Position numbers and translations under genes: made by a program. Positions 35,936 to 49,100 of a stretch of 64,000 bases of DNA are shown here, in pieces. The stretch is from Heterodontus francisci (lineage: Eukaryota): the NCBI RefSeq assembly GCF_036365525.1, contig NC_090404.1, positions 11,250,550-11,314,549 on the forward strand. The letters are read 5' to 3'. The notes beneath the pieces are model-generated. The model searched no databases and was not told the DNA's origin. It worked only from the letters and a program-made list of their open reading frames with translations. The first letter of the stretch is position 1; each line of letters opens with the position of its first letter.

Positions 35936-36940
35936 AATCGATTCAACTTGTCTGACTGCTGCACTGTATCAGAAAACCGGTTCTGAGCGAAATCCGCCTT
36001 AAATTCAGCACCGCCGCTCGTGTGCCTCCGGACTCCAAACTCGGGCTGTCTGCCTGGGTATTGGTGGTACCAGAATAAGTAATAACCATCGCCGGGACAG
36101 GTGCAGGTAAAAGTGACATCTTCTCCCTCTGTCTGTGTGAGCGAGGATTCCCGCTGAGTAACAGAATCTCCGTCGGTCAGATCTGGAACAGACGGTTAAA
36201 GCAAGCGGAAAGCACTGATTAAAACTGCAACTGAACCGAACTGATGGTGAAAATTCGCAGACAGTGTTTCATAAAGTTAAATAGAATTTACAGCACAGGA
36301 AAGGCCATTTGGCCCAACTGGTCCATGCCAGAGTTCACTGTCCCCACGAGCATCCTCCACCCTCTTCATCTCACTCTACCAGCATATCCTTCCATCCCTT
36401 TCTCCCCCATCTGTTTATCCAGCTTACACTTAAATGTATCCATACTTTTCACCTCAACCACTCCTGGTGGTAGCCAGATCCACATTCTCACCACTCTCTG
36501 GAAATGAAGTTTCTCCTGAATTCCCTTTTGCATCTTTTTGTGACCCTTATATTTATGGCCCATAGACTTGGAATTCCCCACATGTAGAAACATACTCACT
36601 ACGTCTACCCTGTCGAACTCCTTCACATTTTAAAGGTATCTATCAGGTTACCCACCTCAGTTTTCTCTTTATTAGAGAAGCGAGCCGCAGCAATGGTTTC
36701 TGCTAAATTTTCTCTCAATTCTGGCATCATTCTTGCAAATCGTTCTTGTACTTTCCCCTTGTTGTAATATGGAACCAATAACTGCTCACAATTGTGGCCT
36801 AATCAAGTTAAGTATAAGTTTACTATGAACGCGCGCTTGTCTGAAAATTTATTCCTCCGGAACTTAATCCCTTTCAAAATTTTAAATTTCTTACCGATAA
36901 TGAATGTCACCCAGAGCACAGCGAGAACGGAAAGCCGCAT
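35936..36940 (-). pseudogene. TCR alpha/delta V segment truncated in FR3 by retroelements (leader 36940-36895, V exon 36182-~35936)
   Basis: Leader MRLSVLAVLWVTFII with GTAAGA donor; TTCCAG acceptor; DLTDGDSVTQRESSLTQTEGEDVTFTCTCPGDGYYLFWYHQYPGRQPEFGVRRHTSGGAEFKADFAQNRFSDTVQQSDKLNR, then repeat sequence. No YYC or RSS found. Confidence 0.9.
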
Positions 36941-37024
36941 TGCTGCTGCTCCGGAATTCGAGAGATGGTTTTGTGTCTCAGGAACCTGCAGAACATCGAA
37001 CAGGAAAAAATACTGAGACTGGTA

Positions 37025-37098
37025 TGATGTCATTTCCCTCAGGACGTCAAATAGAAAAAACTGAGATGATTGGCTCTGACTGGACTGATGTCACTTCC
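37025..37098 (-). promoter_or_regulatory. TCR V promoter: CRE-like decamer AGTGACATCA (37095-37086) overlapping an ETS GGAAGT, plus a second TGACATCA (37032-37025)
   Basis: Matches the conserved TCR V promoter decamer AGTGAYRTCA, 85-155 bp upstream of the leader ATG. Confidence 0.65.
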
Positions 37099-37189
37099 TT
37101 AACTGCAAGTATGTGTTTTTCTTTGAGACAACTGAAAGATTAACATGGCATTCTGCTTATGAGAGAGAAAATCCAATAACAATAATCAT

Positions 37190-40100
37190 CTGGATCTCTA
37201 ATTGATCTGAGAGACAGTTCAATCTTTAATTGATCTGAACCACAATTTGATCTCTAATTGACCTGAGAGATAGTTTGATCTCTAATTGATCTGAGAGACA
37301 GTTTGATCTCTACTTGATCTGAGAGATGGTTTGATCTCTAATTGATCTGAGAGACAGTTTGATCTCTACTTGATCTGAGAGATGGTTTGATCTCTAATTG
37401 ATCTGAGAGACAGTTTGATCTCTACTTGATCTGAGAGATGGCTTGATCTCTAATTGATCTGAGAGACAGTTTGATCTCTAATTGACCTGACAGGCAGCTT
37501 GATCTCTAATTGATCTGAGACAAAGTTTGATCTCTAATTGACCTGAGAGGTAGTTTGATCTCTAATTGAACGGAGAGACAGTTTGATCTCTAATTGACCT
37601 GAGAGACAGTTTGATCTCCAATTGATCTGAGAGACAGTTTGATCTCTAATTGACCTGAGAGGTAGTTTGATCTCTAATTGAACGGAGAGACAGTTTGATC
37701 TCTAATTGACCTGAGAGACAGTTTGATCTCCAATTGATCTGAGAGACAGTTTGATCTCTAATTGACCTGAGAGACGGTTTGATCTCCAATTGAACTGAGA
37801 GATAGTTTGATTTCGAATTGATCTGAGAGACAGTTTGATCTCTAATTAACCTGTGAGACAGTTTCATCTCTAATTAATCTGAGAGATAGTTTGATCACTA
37901 ATTGATCTGAGAGATGGTTTGATCGCAAATTGACCTGAGAGACAGTTTGATCTCTAATTGATCTGAGAAAAAAGTACGATCTCGAATTGATCTGAGAGAC
38001 AGTTTGATCTCTAATTAACCTGAGCGACAGTTCGATCTCTAATTACTCTGAGAGACAGTCTAATCTCTGATTGTTCTGAGAGATAGTTTGATCACTAATT
38101 GATCTGAGACACAGTTTGATCTCTAATTGATCTGAGAGACAGTTTGATCTCTAATTGACCTGAGAGACAGTTTGATCTCCAATTGAACTGAGAGATAGTT
38201 TGATTTCGAATTGATCTGAGACACAGTTTGATCTCTAATTGATATGAGAGACAGTTTGATCTCTAATTGATCTGAGACACAGTTTGATCTCTAATTGATC
38301 TGAGAGATAGTTTGATCTCTAATTGATCTGAGAGACAGTTTGATCTCGAATGGATCTGAGAGACAGTTTGATCTCTAATTAACCTGAGAGACAGTTTAAG
38401 CTCCAATTGATCTGAGAGACAGTTTGATCTCTAATTGATCTGAGAAAAAAGTACGATCTCGAATTGATCTGAGAGACAGTTTGATCTCTAAGTAACCTGA
38501 GAGACAGTTTAAGCTCCAATTGAACAGAGTGACAGTTTGATCTCTAATTGTCGTGAGAGACAGTTTGATCCCTGATTGATGTGAGAGAATGTTTCATCTC
38601 TAATTGTCCTCAGAGACAGTTTGATCTCTAATTGAACTGAGAGGCAGTTTGATCTCTAATTGATCTGAGAGATGATTTGATCGCGAATTGACCTGTGAGA
38701 CAGTTGGATCTCTGATTGATCTGAGAGACAGTTTGATCTCTAATTGACCTGAGAGATACTTTGATCCCGAATTGACCTGATAGACACTTTGATCGCTAAT
38801 TGAACTGAGAGGCAGTTGGATGTCTAATTGATCTGAGGGACAGTTTGATCTCTAATTGATCTGAGAGATAGTTTGATCGCTAATTGACCTGAGAGACAGT
38901 TTGATCTCTAATTGATCTGAGAGACAGTTTGATCTCTAATTGATCTGAGAGACAGTTTGATCTCTAATTGATCTGAGACACAGTTTGATCTCTAATTAAC
39001 CTGAGAGACAGTTTGATCTCTAATTGATCTGAGACACAGTTTGATCTCGAATTGATCTGAGAGACAGTTTGATCTCTAATTGACCTGAGAGATACTTTGA
39101 TCCCGAATTGACCTGATAGACACTTTGATCGCTAATTGAACTGAGAGGCAGTCTGATGTCTAATTGATCTGAGAGACAGTTTGATCTCTAATTGATCTGA
39201 GAGACAGTTTGATCTCTAATTGATCTGAGACACAGTTTGATCTCTAATTAACCTGAGAGACAGTTTGATCTCTAATTGATCTGAGACACAGTTTGATCTC
39301 TAATTAACCTGAGAGACAGTTTGATCTCTAATTGATCTGAGACACAGTTTGATCTCTAATTGATCTGAGAGACAGTTTGATCTCTAATTGACCTGAGAGA
39401 TAGTTTGATCCCGAATTGACCTGATAGACACTTTGATCTCTAATTGATCTGAGAGACAGTTTGATCTCTAATTGATCTGAGACACAGTTTGATCTCTAAT
39501 TAACCTGAGAGACAGTTTGATCTCTAATTGATCTGAGACACAGTTTGATCTCTAATTGATCTGAGAGACAGTTTGATCTCTAATTGACCTGAGTGATACT
39601 TTGATCCCGAATTGACCTGATAGACACTTTGATTGCTACTTGAACTGAGAGGCAGTTTGATGTCTAATTGACCTGAGAGATACTTTGATCCCGAATTGAC
39701 CTCATAGACACTTTGATCGCTAATTGAACTGAGAGGCAGTTTGAGGTCTAATTGATCTGAGGGACAGTTTGATCTTAATTGAACTGAGAGACAGTTTGAT
39801 CTCAAATTGATCTGAGAGATAGTTTGATCGCTAATTGACCTGAGGGACAGTTTGAGCTCTAATTGATCTGAGAGACAGTTTGATCTCTAATTGATCTGAG
39901 AGACAGTTTGATCTCTAATTGATCTGAGACACAGTTTGATCTCTAATTGATCTGAGAGACAGTTTGATCTCTAATTGATCTGAGACACAGTTTGATCTCT
40001 AATTGATCTGAGAGACACTTTGATCTCTAATTGATCTGAGACACAGTTTGATCTCTAATTGATCTGAGAGACAGTTTGATCTCGAACGGATCTGAGAGAC

Positions 40101-43100
40101 AGTTTGATCTCTAATTAACCTGAGAGACAGTTTAAGCTCCAATTGATCTGAGAGACAGTTTGAGCTCTAATTGATCTGAGAAGAAAGTACGATCTCGAAT
40201 TGATATGAGAGACAGTTTGATCTCTAATTGATCTGAGAGACAGTTTGATCTCCAATTGATCTGAGAGACAGTTTGATCTCTAATTGAACAGAGTGACAGT
40301 TTGATCTCTAATTGTCCTCAGAGACAGTTTGATCTCTAATTGATCTGCGAGATGATTTGATCGCGTATTGACCTGTGAGACAGTTTGATCTCTAATTGAT
40401 CTGAGAGACAGTTTGATCTCGAATGGATCTGAGAGACAGTTTGATCTCTAATTAACCTGAGAGACATTTTAAGCTCCAATTGATCTGAGAGACAGTTTGA
40501 TCTCTAAATGATCTGAGAGACAGTTTGATCTCTAATTGAACGGAGAGACAGCTTGATCTCTAATTGATCTGAGAGACAGTTTGATCTCGAACGGATCTGA
40601 GAGACAGTTTGATCTCTAATTAACCTGAGAGACAGTTTAAGCTCCAATTGATCTGAGAGACAGTTTGATCTCTAATTGATCTGAGAAGAAAGTACGATCT
40701 CGAATTGATATGAGAGACAGTTTGATCTCTAATTGATCTGAGACACAGTTTGATCTCTAATTGATCTGAGAGACAGTTTGATCTCTAATTAACCTGAGAG
40801 ACAGTTTAAGCTCCAATTGATCTGAGAGACAGTTTGATCTCTAATTGAACAGAGTGACAGTTTGTCTCTAATTGTCCTCAGAGACAGTTTGATCTCTAAT
40901 TGATCTGAGAGGCAGTTTGATCTCTAATTGATCTGAGAGATGATTTGATCGCGTATTGACCTGTGAGACAGTTTGATCTCTGATTGATCTGAGAGACAGT
41001 TTGATCTCGAATGGATCTGAGAGACACTTTGATCTCTAAATGATCTGAGAGACAGTTTGATCTCTAATTGATCTGAGAGACATTTTGATCTCTAATTGAT
41101 CTGAGAGACAGTTTGATCTCTAATTGACCTGAGAGATAGTTTGATCTCTAATTGACCTGAGAGATACTTTGATCCCGAATTGACCTGATAGACACTTTGA
41201 TCTCTAATTGAACTGAGAGGCAGTTTGATGTCTAATTGACCTGAGAGATAGTTTGATCCCGAATTGACCTGATAGACACTTTGATCTCTAATTGAACTGA
41301 GAGGCAGTTTGATGTCTAATTGACCTGAGAGATAGTTTGATCCCGAATTGACCTGATAGACTCTTTGATCTCTAATTGAACTGAGAGGCAGTTTGATGTC
41401 TAATTGACCTGAGAGATAGTTTGATCCCGAATTGACCTGATAGACACTTTGATCGCTAATTGAACTGAGAGGCAGTTTGAGGTCTAATTGATCTGAGGGA
41501 CAGTTTGATCTCAAATTGATCTGAGAGATAGTTTGATCTCTAATTGACGGGAGAGACAGTTTGATCTCTAATTGATCTGAGAGACAGTTTGATCTCTAAT
41601 TGATCTGAGACACAGTTTGATCTCTAATTGATCTGAGAGACAGTTTGATCTCTAATTGATCTGAGACACAGTTTGATCTCTAATTGATCTGAGAGACAGT
41701 TTGATCTCTAATTGATCTGAGAGATAGTTTGATCTCTAATTGATCTGAGAGACAGTTTGATCTCTAATTGATCTGAGAGACAGTTTGATCTCTAATTGAC
41801 CTGAGTGATACTTTGATCCCGAATTGACCTGATAGACACTTTGATTGCTAATTGAACTGAGAGGCAGTTTGATGTCTAATTGACCTGAGAGATACTTTGA
41901 TCCCGAATTGACCTCATAGACACTTTGATCGCTAATTGAACTGAGAGGCAGTTTGAGGTCTAATTGATCTGAGGGACAGTTTGATCTTAATTGAACTGAG
42001 AGACAGTTTGATCTCAAATTGATCTGAGAGATAGTTTGATCGCTAATTGACCTGAGGGACAGTTTGAGCTCTAATTGATCTGAGAGACAGTTTGATCTCT
42101 AATTGATCTGAGAGACAGTTTGATCTCTAATTGATCTGAGACACAGTTTGATCTCTAATTGATCTGAGAGACAGTTTGATCTCTAATTGATCTGAGACAC
42201 AGTTTGATCTCTAATTGATCTGAGAGACACTTTGATCTCTAATTGATCTGAGACACAGTTTGATCTCTAATTGATCTGAGAGACAGTTTGATCTCGAACG
42301 GATCTGAGAGACAGTTTGATCTCTAATTAACCTGAGAGACAGTTTAAGCTCCAATTGATCTGAGAGACAGTTTGAGCTCTAATTGATCTGAGAAGAAAGT
42401 ACGATCTCGAATTGATATGAGAGACAGTTTGATCTCTAATTGATCTGAGAGACAGTTTGATCTCCAATTGATCTGAGAGACAGTTTGATCTCTAATTGAA
42501 CAGAGTGACAGTTTGATCTCTAATTGTCCTCAGAGACAGTTTGATCTCTAATTGATCTGCGAGATGATTTGATCGCGTATTGACCTGTGAGACAGTTTGA
42601 TCTCTAATTGATCTGAGAGACAGTTTGATCTCGAATGGATCTGAGAGACAGTTTGATCTCTAATTAACCTGAGAGACATTTTAAGCTCCAATTGATCTGA
42701 GAGACAGTTTGATCTCTAAATGATCTGAGAGACAGTTTGATCTCTAATTGAACGGAGAGACAGCTTGATCTCTAATTGATCTGAGAGACAGTTTGATCTC
42801 GAACGGATCTGAGAGACAGTTTGATCTCTAATTAACCTGAGAGACAGTTTAAGCTCCAATTGATCTGAGAGACAGTTTGATCTCTAATTGAACAGAGTGA
42901 CAGTTTGATCTCTAATTGTCCTCAGAGACAGTTTGATCTCTAATTGATCTGAGAGGCAGTTTGATCTCTAATTGATCTGAGAGATGATTTGATCGCGTAT
43001 TGACCTGTGAGACAGTTTGATCTCTGATTGATCTGAGAGACAGTTTGATCTCGAATGGATCTGAGAGACAGTTTGATCTCTAAATGATCTGAGAGACAGT

Positions 43101-46100
43101 TTGATCTCTAATTGATCTGAGAGACATTTTGATCTCTAATTGATCTGAGAGACAGTTTGATCTCTAATTGACCTGAGAGATAGTTTGATCTCTAATTGAC
43201 CTGAGAGATACTTTGATCCCGAATTGACCTGATAGACACTTTGATCTCTAATTGAACTGAGAGGCAGTTTGATGTCTAATTGACCTGAGAGATAGTTTGA
43301 TCCCGAATTGACGTGATAGACACTTTGATCTCTAATTGAACTGAGAGGCAGTTTGATGTCTAATTGACCTGAGAGATAGTTTGATCCCGAATTGACCTGA
43401 TAGACTCTTTGATCTCTAATTGAACTGAGAGGCAGTTTGATGTCTAATTGACCTGAGAGATAGTTTGATCCCGAATTGACCTGATAGACACTTTGATCGC
43501 TAATTGAACTGAGAGGCAGTTTGAGGTCTAATTGATCTGAGGGACAGTTTGATCTCAAATTGATCTGAGAGATAGTTTGATCTCTAATTGACGTGAGAGA
43601 CAGTTTGATCTCTAATTGATCTGAGAGACAGTTTGATCTCTAATTGATCTGAGACACAGTTTGATCTCTAATTGATCTGAGAGACAGTTTGATCTCTAAT
43701 TGATCTGAGACACAGTTTGATCTCTAATTGATCTGAGAGACAGTTTGATCTCTAATTGATCTGAGAGATAGTTTGATCTCTAATTGATCTGAGAGACAGT
43801 TAGATCTCTAATTGATCTGAGAGACAGTTTGATCTCTAAATGATCTGAGAGACAGTTTGATCTCTAATTGAACGGAGAGGCAGCTTGATCTCTAATTGAT
43901 CTGAGACACAGTTTGATCTCTAATTGATCTGAGAGACAGTTTGATCTCTAATTGACCTGAGAGATAGTTTGATCTCTAATTGACCTGAGAGACAGTTTGA
44001 TCTCTAATTGATCTGAGACACAGTTTGATCTCTAATTAACCTGAGAGACAGTTTGATCTCTAATTGATCTGAGACACAGTTTGATCTCTAATTGATCTGA
44101 GAGACAGTTTGATCTCTAATTGACCTGAGAGATAGTTTGATCCCGAATTGACCTGATAGACACTTTGATCGCTAATTGAACTGAGAGGCAGTCTGATGTC
44201 GAATTGATCTGAGAGACAGTTTGATCTCTAATTGATCTGAGAGACCCTTTGATCTCTAATTGATCTGAGACACAGTTTGATCTCTAATTAACCTGAGAGA
44301 CAGTTTGATCTCTAATTGATCTGAGACACAGTTTGATCTCTAATTGATCTGAGAGACAGTTTGATCTCTAATTGACCTGAGTGATACTTTGATCCCGAAT
44401 TGACCTGACAGACACTTTGATTGCTAATTGAACTGAGAGGCAGTTTGATGTCTAATTGACCTGAGAGATACTTTGATCCGGAATTGACCTCATAGAAACT
44501 TTGATCGCTAATTGAACTGAGAGGCAGTTTGAGGTCTAATTGATCTGAGGGACAGTTTGATCTCTAATTGAACTGAGAGACAGTTTGATCTCAAATTGAT
44601 CTGAGAGATAGTTTGATCGCTAATTGACCTGAGGGACAGTTTGAGCTCTAATTGATCTGAGAGACAGTTTGATCTCTAATTGATCTGAGAGACAGTTTGA
44701 TCTCTAATTGATCTGAGACACAGTTTGATCTCTAATTGATCTGAGAGACAGTTTGATCTCTAATTGATCTGAGACACAGTTTGATCTCTAATTGATCTGA
44801 GAGACAGTTTGATCTCGAACGGATCTGAGAGACAGTTTGATCTCTAATTAACCTGAGAGACAGTTTAAGCTCCAATTGATCTGAGAGACAGTTTGAGCTC
44901 TAATTGATCTGAGAAGAAAGTACGATCTCGAATTGATATGAGAGACAGTTTGATCTCTAATTGATCTGAGAGACAGTTTGATCTCCAATTGATCTGAGAG
45001 ACAGTTTGATCTCTAATTGAACAGAGTGACAGTTTGATCTCTAATTGATCTGCGAGATGATTTGATCGCGTATTGACCTGTGAGACAGTTTGATCTCTAA
45101 TTGATCTGAGAGACAGTTTGATCTCGAATGGATCTGAGAGACAGTTTGATCTCTAATTAACCTGAGAGACATTTTAAGCTCCAATTGATCTGAGAGACAG
45201 TTTGATCTCTAAATGATCTGAGAGACAGTTTGATCTCTAATTGAACGGAGAGACAGCTTGATCTCTAATTGATCTGAGAGACAGTTTGATCTCGAACGGA
45301 TCTGAGAGACAGTTTGATCTCTAATTAACCTGAGAGACAGTTTAAGCTCCAATTGATCTGAGAGACAGTTTGATCTCTAATTGAACAGAGTGACAGTTTG
45401 ATCTCTAATTGTCCTCAGAGACAGTTTGATCTCTAATTGATCTGAGAGGCAGTTTGATCTCTAATTGATCTGAGAGATGATTTGATCGCGTATTGACCTG
45501 TGAGACAGTTTGATCTCTGATTGATCTGAGAGACAGTTTGATCTCGAATGGATCTGAGAGACAGTTTGATCTCTAATTGATCTGAGAGACAGTTTGATCT
45601 CTAATTGATCTGAGACACAGTTTGATCTCTAATTGATCTGAGAGACAGTTTGATCTCTAATTGATCTGAGACACAGTTTGATCTCTAATTGATCTGAGAG
45701 ACAGTTTGATCTCTAATTGATCTGAGACACAGTTTGATCTCTAATTGATCTGAGACACAGTTTGATCTCTAATTGATCTGAGAGACAGTTTGATCTCTAA
45801 TTGATCTGAGAGACATTTTGATCTCTAATTGATCTGAGAGATAGTTTGATCTCTAATTGACCGGAGACACAGTTTGATCTCTAATTGACCTGAGAGATAC
45901 TTTGATCCCGAATTGACCTGATAGACACTTTGATCTCTAATTGAACTGAGAGGCAGTTTGATGTCTAATTGATCTGAGAGATAGTTTGATCCCGAATTGA
46001 CCTGATAGACACTTTGATCGCTAATTGAACTGAGAGGCAGTTTGAGGTCTAATTGATCTGAGGGACAGTTTGATCTCTAATTGAACTGAGAGACAGTTTG

Positions 46101-49100
46101 ATCTCAAATTGATCTGAGAGATAGTTTGATCTCTAATTGATCTGAGAGACAGTTTGATCTCTAATTGATCTGAGAGACAGTTTGATCTCTAATTGATCTG
46201 AGACACAGTTTGATCTCTAATTGATCTGAGAGACAGTTTGATCTCTAATTGATCTGAGACACAGTTTGATCTCTAATTGATCTGAGAGACAGTTTGATCT
46301 CTAATTGATCTGAGACACAGTTTGATCTCTAATTGATCTGAGACACAGTTTGATCTCTAATTGATCTGAGAGACAGTTTGATCTCTAATTGATCTGAGAG
46401 ACATTTTGATCTCTAATTGATCTGAGAGATAGTTTGATCTCTAATTGACCGGAGACACAGTTTGATCTCTAATTGACCTGAGAGGTACTTTGATCCCGAA
46501 TTGACCTGATAGACACTTTGATCTCTAATTGAACTGAGAGGCAGTTTGATGTCTAATTGATCTGAGAGATAGTTTGATCCCGAATTGACCTGATAGACAC
46601 TTTGATCGCTAATTGAACTGAGAGGCAGTTTGAGGTCTAATTGATCTGAGGGACAGTTTGATCTCTAATTGAACTGAGAGACAGTTTGATCTCAAATTGA
46701 TCTGAGAGATAGTTTGATCTCTAATTGATCTGAGAGACAGTTTGATCTCTAATTGATCTGAGAGACAGTTTGATCTCTAATTGATCTGAGACACAGTTTG
46801 ATCTCTAATTGATCTGAGAGACAGTTTGATCTCTAATTGATCTGAGACACCGTTTGATCTCTAATTGATCTGAGAGACAGTTTGATCTCTAATTGATCTG
46901 AGACACAGTTTGATCTCTAATTGATCTGAGACACAGTTTGATCTCTAATTGATCTGAGAGACAGTTTGATCTCGAACGGATCTGAGAGACTGTTTGATCT
47001 CTAATTAACCTGAGAGACAGTTTAAGCTCCAATTGATCTGAGAGACAGTTTGATCTCTAATTGATCTGAGAAGAAAGTACGATCTCGAATTGATATGAGA
47101 GACAGTTTGATCGCTAATTGATCTGAGACACAGTTTGATCTCTAATTGATCTGAGAGACAGTTTGATCTCTAATTAACCTGAGAGACAGTTTAAGCTCCA
47201 ATTGATCTGAGAGACAGTTTGATCTCTAATTGAACAGAGTGACAGTTTGTCTCTAATTGTCCTCAGAGACAGTTTGATCTCTAATTGATCTGAGAGGCAG
47301 TTTGATCTCTAATTGATCTGAGAGATGATTTGATCGCGTATTGACCTGTGAGACAGTTTGATCTCTGATTGATCTGAGAGACAGTTTGATCTCGAATGGA
47401 TCTGAGAGACATTTTAAGCTCCAATTGATCTGAGAGACAGTATGATCTCGAATCAAACTGAGAGACAGTTTGATCTCTAATTGCTCTGAGAGACGCTTTG
47501 ATCTCTGATTGATGTGAGAGAATGTTTCATCTCTAATTGTCCTGAGAGACAGTTTGATCTCTAATTGACCTGAGAGATAGTTTGATCTCTAATTGACCGG
47601 AGACACAGTTTGATCTCTAATTGACCTGAGAGACAGTTTGGTCTCCAATTGATCTGAGAGACAGTTTGATCTCTAATTGATCTGAGAGTCAGTTTGATCT
47701 CTAATTGATCTGAGAGATAGTTTGATCTCTCATTGACCTGAGACACAGTTTGATTTCTAATTGATCTGAGAGACAGTTTGATCTCTAATTGATCTGAGAC
47801 ACAGTTTGATCTCTAATTGATCTGAGAGACAGTTTGATCTCTAATTGATCTGAGACACAGTTTGATCTCTAATTGATCTGAGAGACAGTTTGATCTCTAA
47901 TTGATCTGAGACACAGTTTGATCTCTAATTGATCTGAGACACAGTTTGATCTCTAATTGATCTGAGAGACAGTTTGATCTCTAATTGATCTGAGAGACAT
48001 TTTGATCTCTAATTGATCTGAGAGATAGTTTGATCTCTAATTGACCGGAGACACAGTTTGATCTCTAATTGACCTGAGAGATACTTTGATCCCGAATTGA
48101 CCTGATAGACACTTTGATCTCTAATTGAACTGAGAGGCAGTTTGATGTCTAATTGATCTGAGAGATAGTTTGATCCCGAATTGACCTGATAGACACTTTG
48201 ATCGCTAATTGAACTGAGAGGCAGTTTGAGGTCTAATTGATCTGAGGGACAGTTTGATCTCTAATTGAACTGAGAGACAGTTTGATCTCAAATTGATCTG
48301 AGAGATAGTTTGATCTCTAATTGATCTGAGAGACAGTTTGATCTCTAATTGATCTGAGAGACAGTTTGATCTCTAATTGATCTGAGACACAGTTTGATCT
48401 CTAATTGATCTGAGAGACAGTTTGATCTCTAATTGATCTGAGACACAGTTTGATCTCTAATTGATCTGAGAGACAGTTTGATCTCTAATTGATCTGAGAC
48501 ACAGTTTGATCTCTAATTGATCTGAGACACAGTTTGATCTCTAATTGATCTGAGAGACAGTTTGATCTCGAACGGATCTGAGAGACTGTTTGATCTCTAA
48601 TTAACCTGAGAGACAGTTTAAGCTCCAATTGATCTGAGAGACAGTTTGATCTCTAATTGATCTGAGAAGAAAGTACGATCTCGAATTGATATGAGAGACA
48701 GTTTGATCTCTAATTGATCTGAGACACAGTTTGATCTCTAATTGATCTGAGAGACAGTTTGATCTCTAATTAACCTGAGAGACAGTTTAAGCTCCAATTG
48801 ATCTGAGAGACAGTTTGATCTCTAATTGAACAGAGTGACAGTTTGTCTCTAATTGTCCTCAGAGACAGTTTGATCTCTAATTGATCTGAGAGGCAGTTTG
48901 ATCTCTAATTGATCTGAGAGATGATTTGATCGCGTATTGACCTGTGAGACAGTTTGATCTCTGATTGATCTGAGAGACAGTTTGATCTCGAATGGATCTG
49001 AGAGACAGTTTGATCTCTAATTAACCTGAGAGACATTTTAAGCTCCAATTGATCTGAGAGACAGTATGATCTCTAATCAAACTGAGAGACAGTTTGATCT

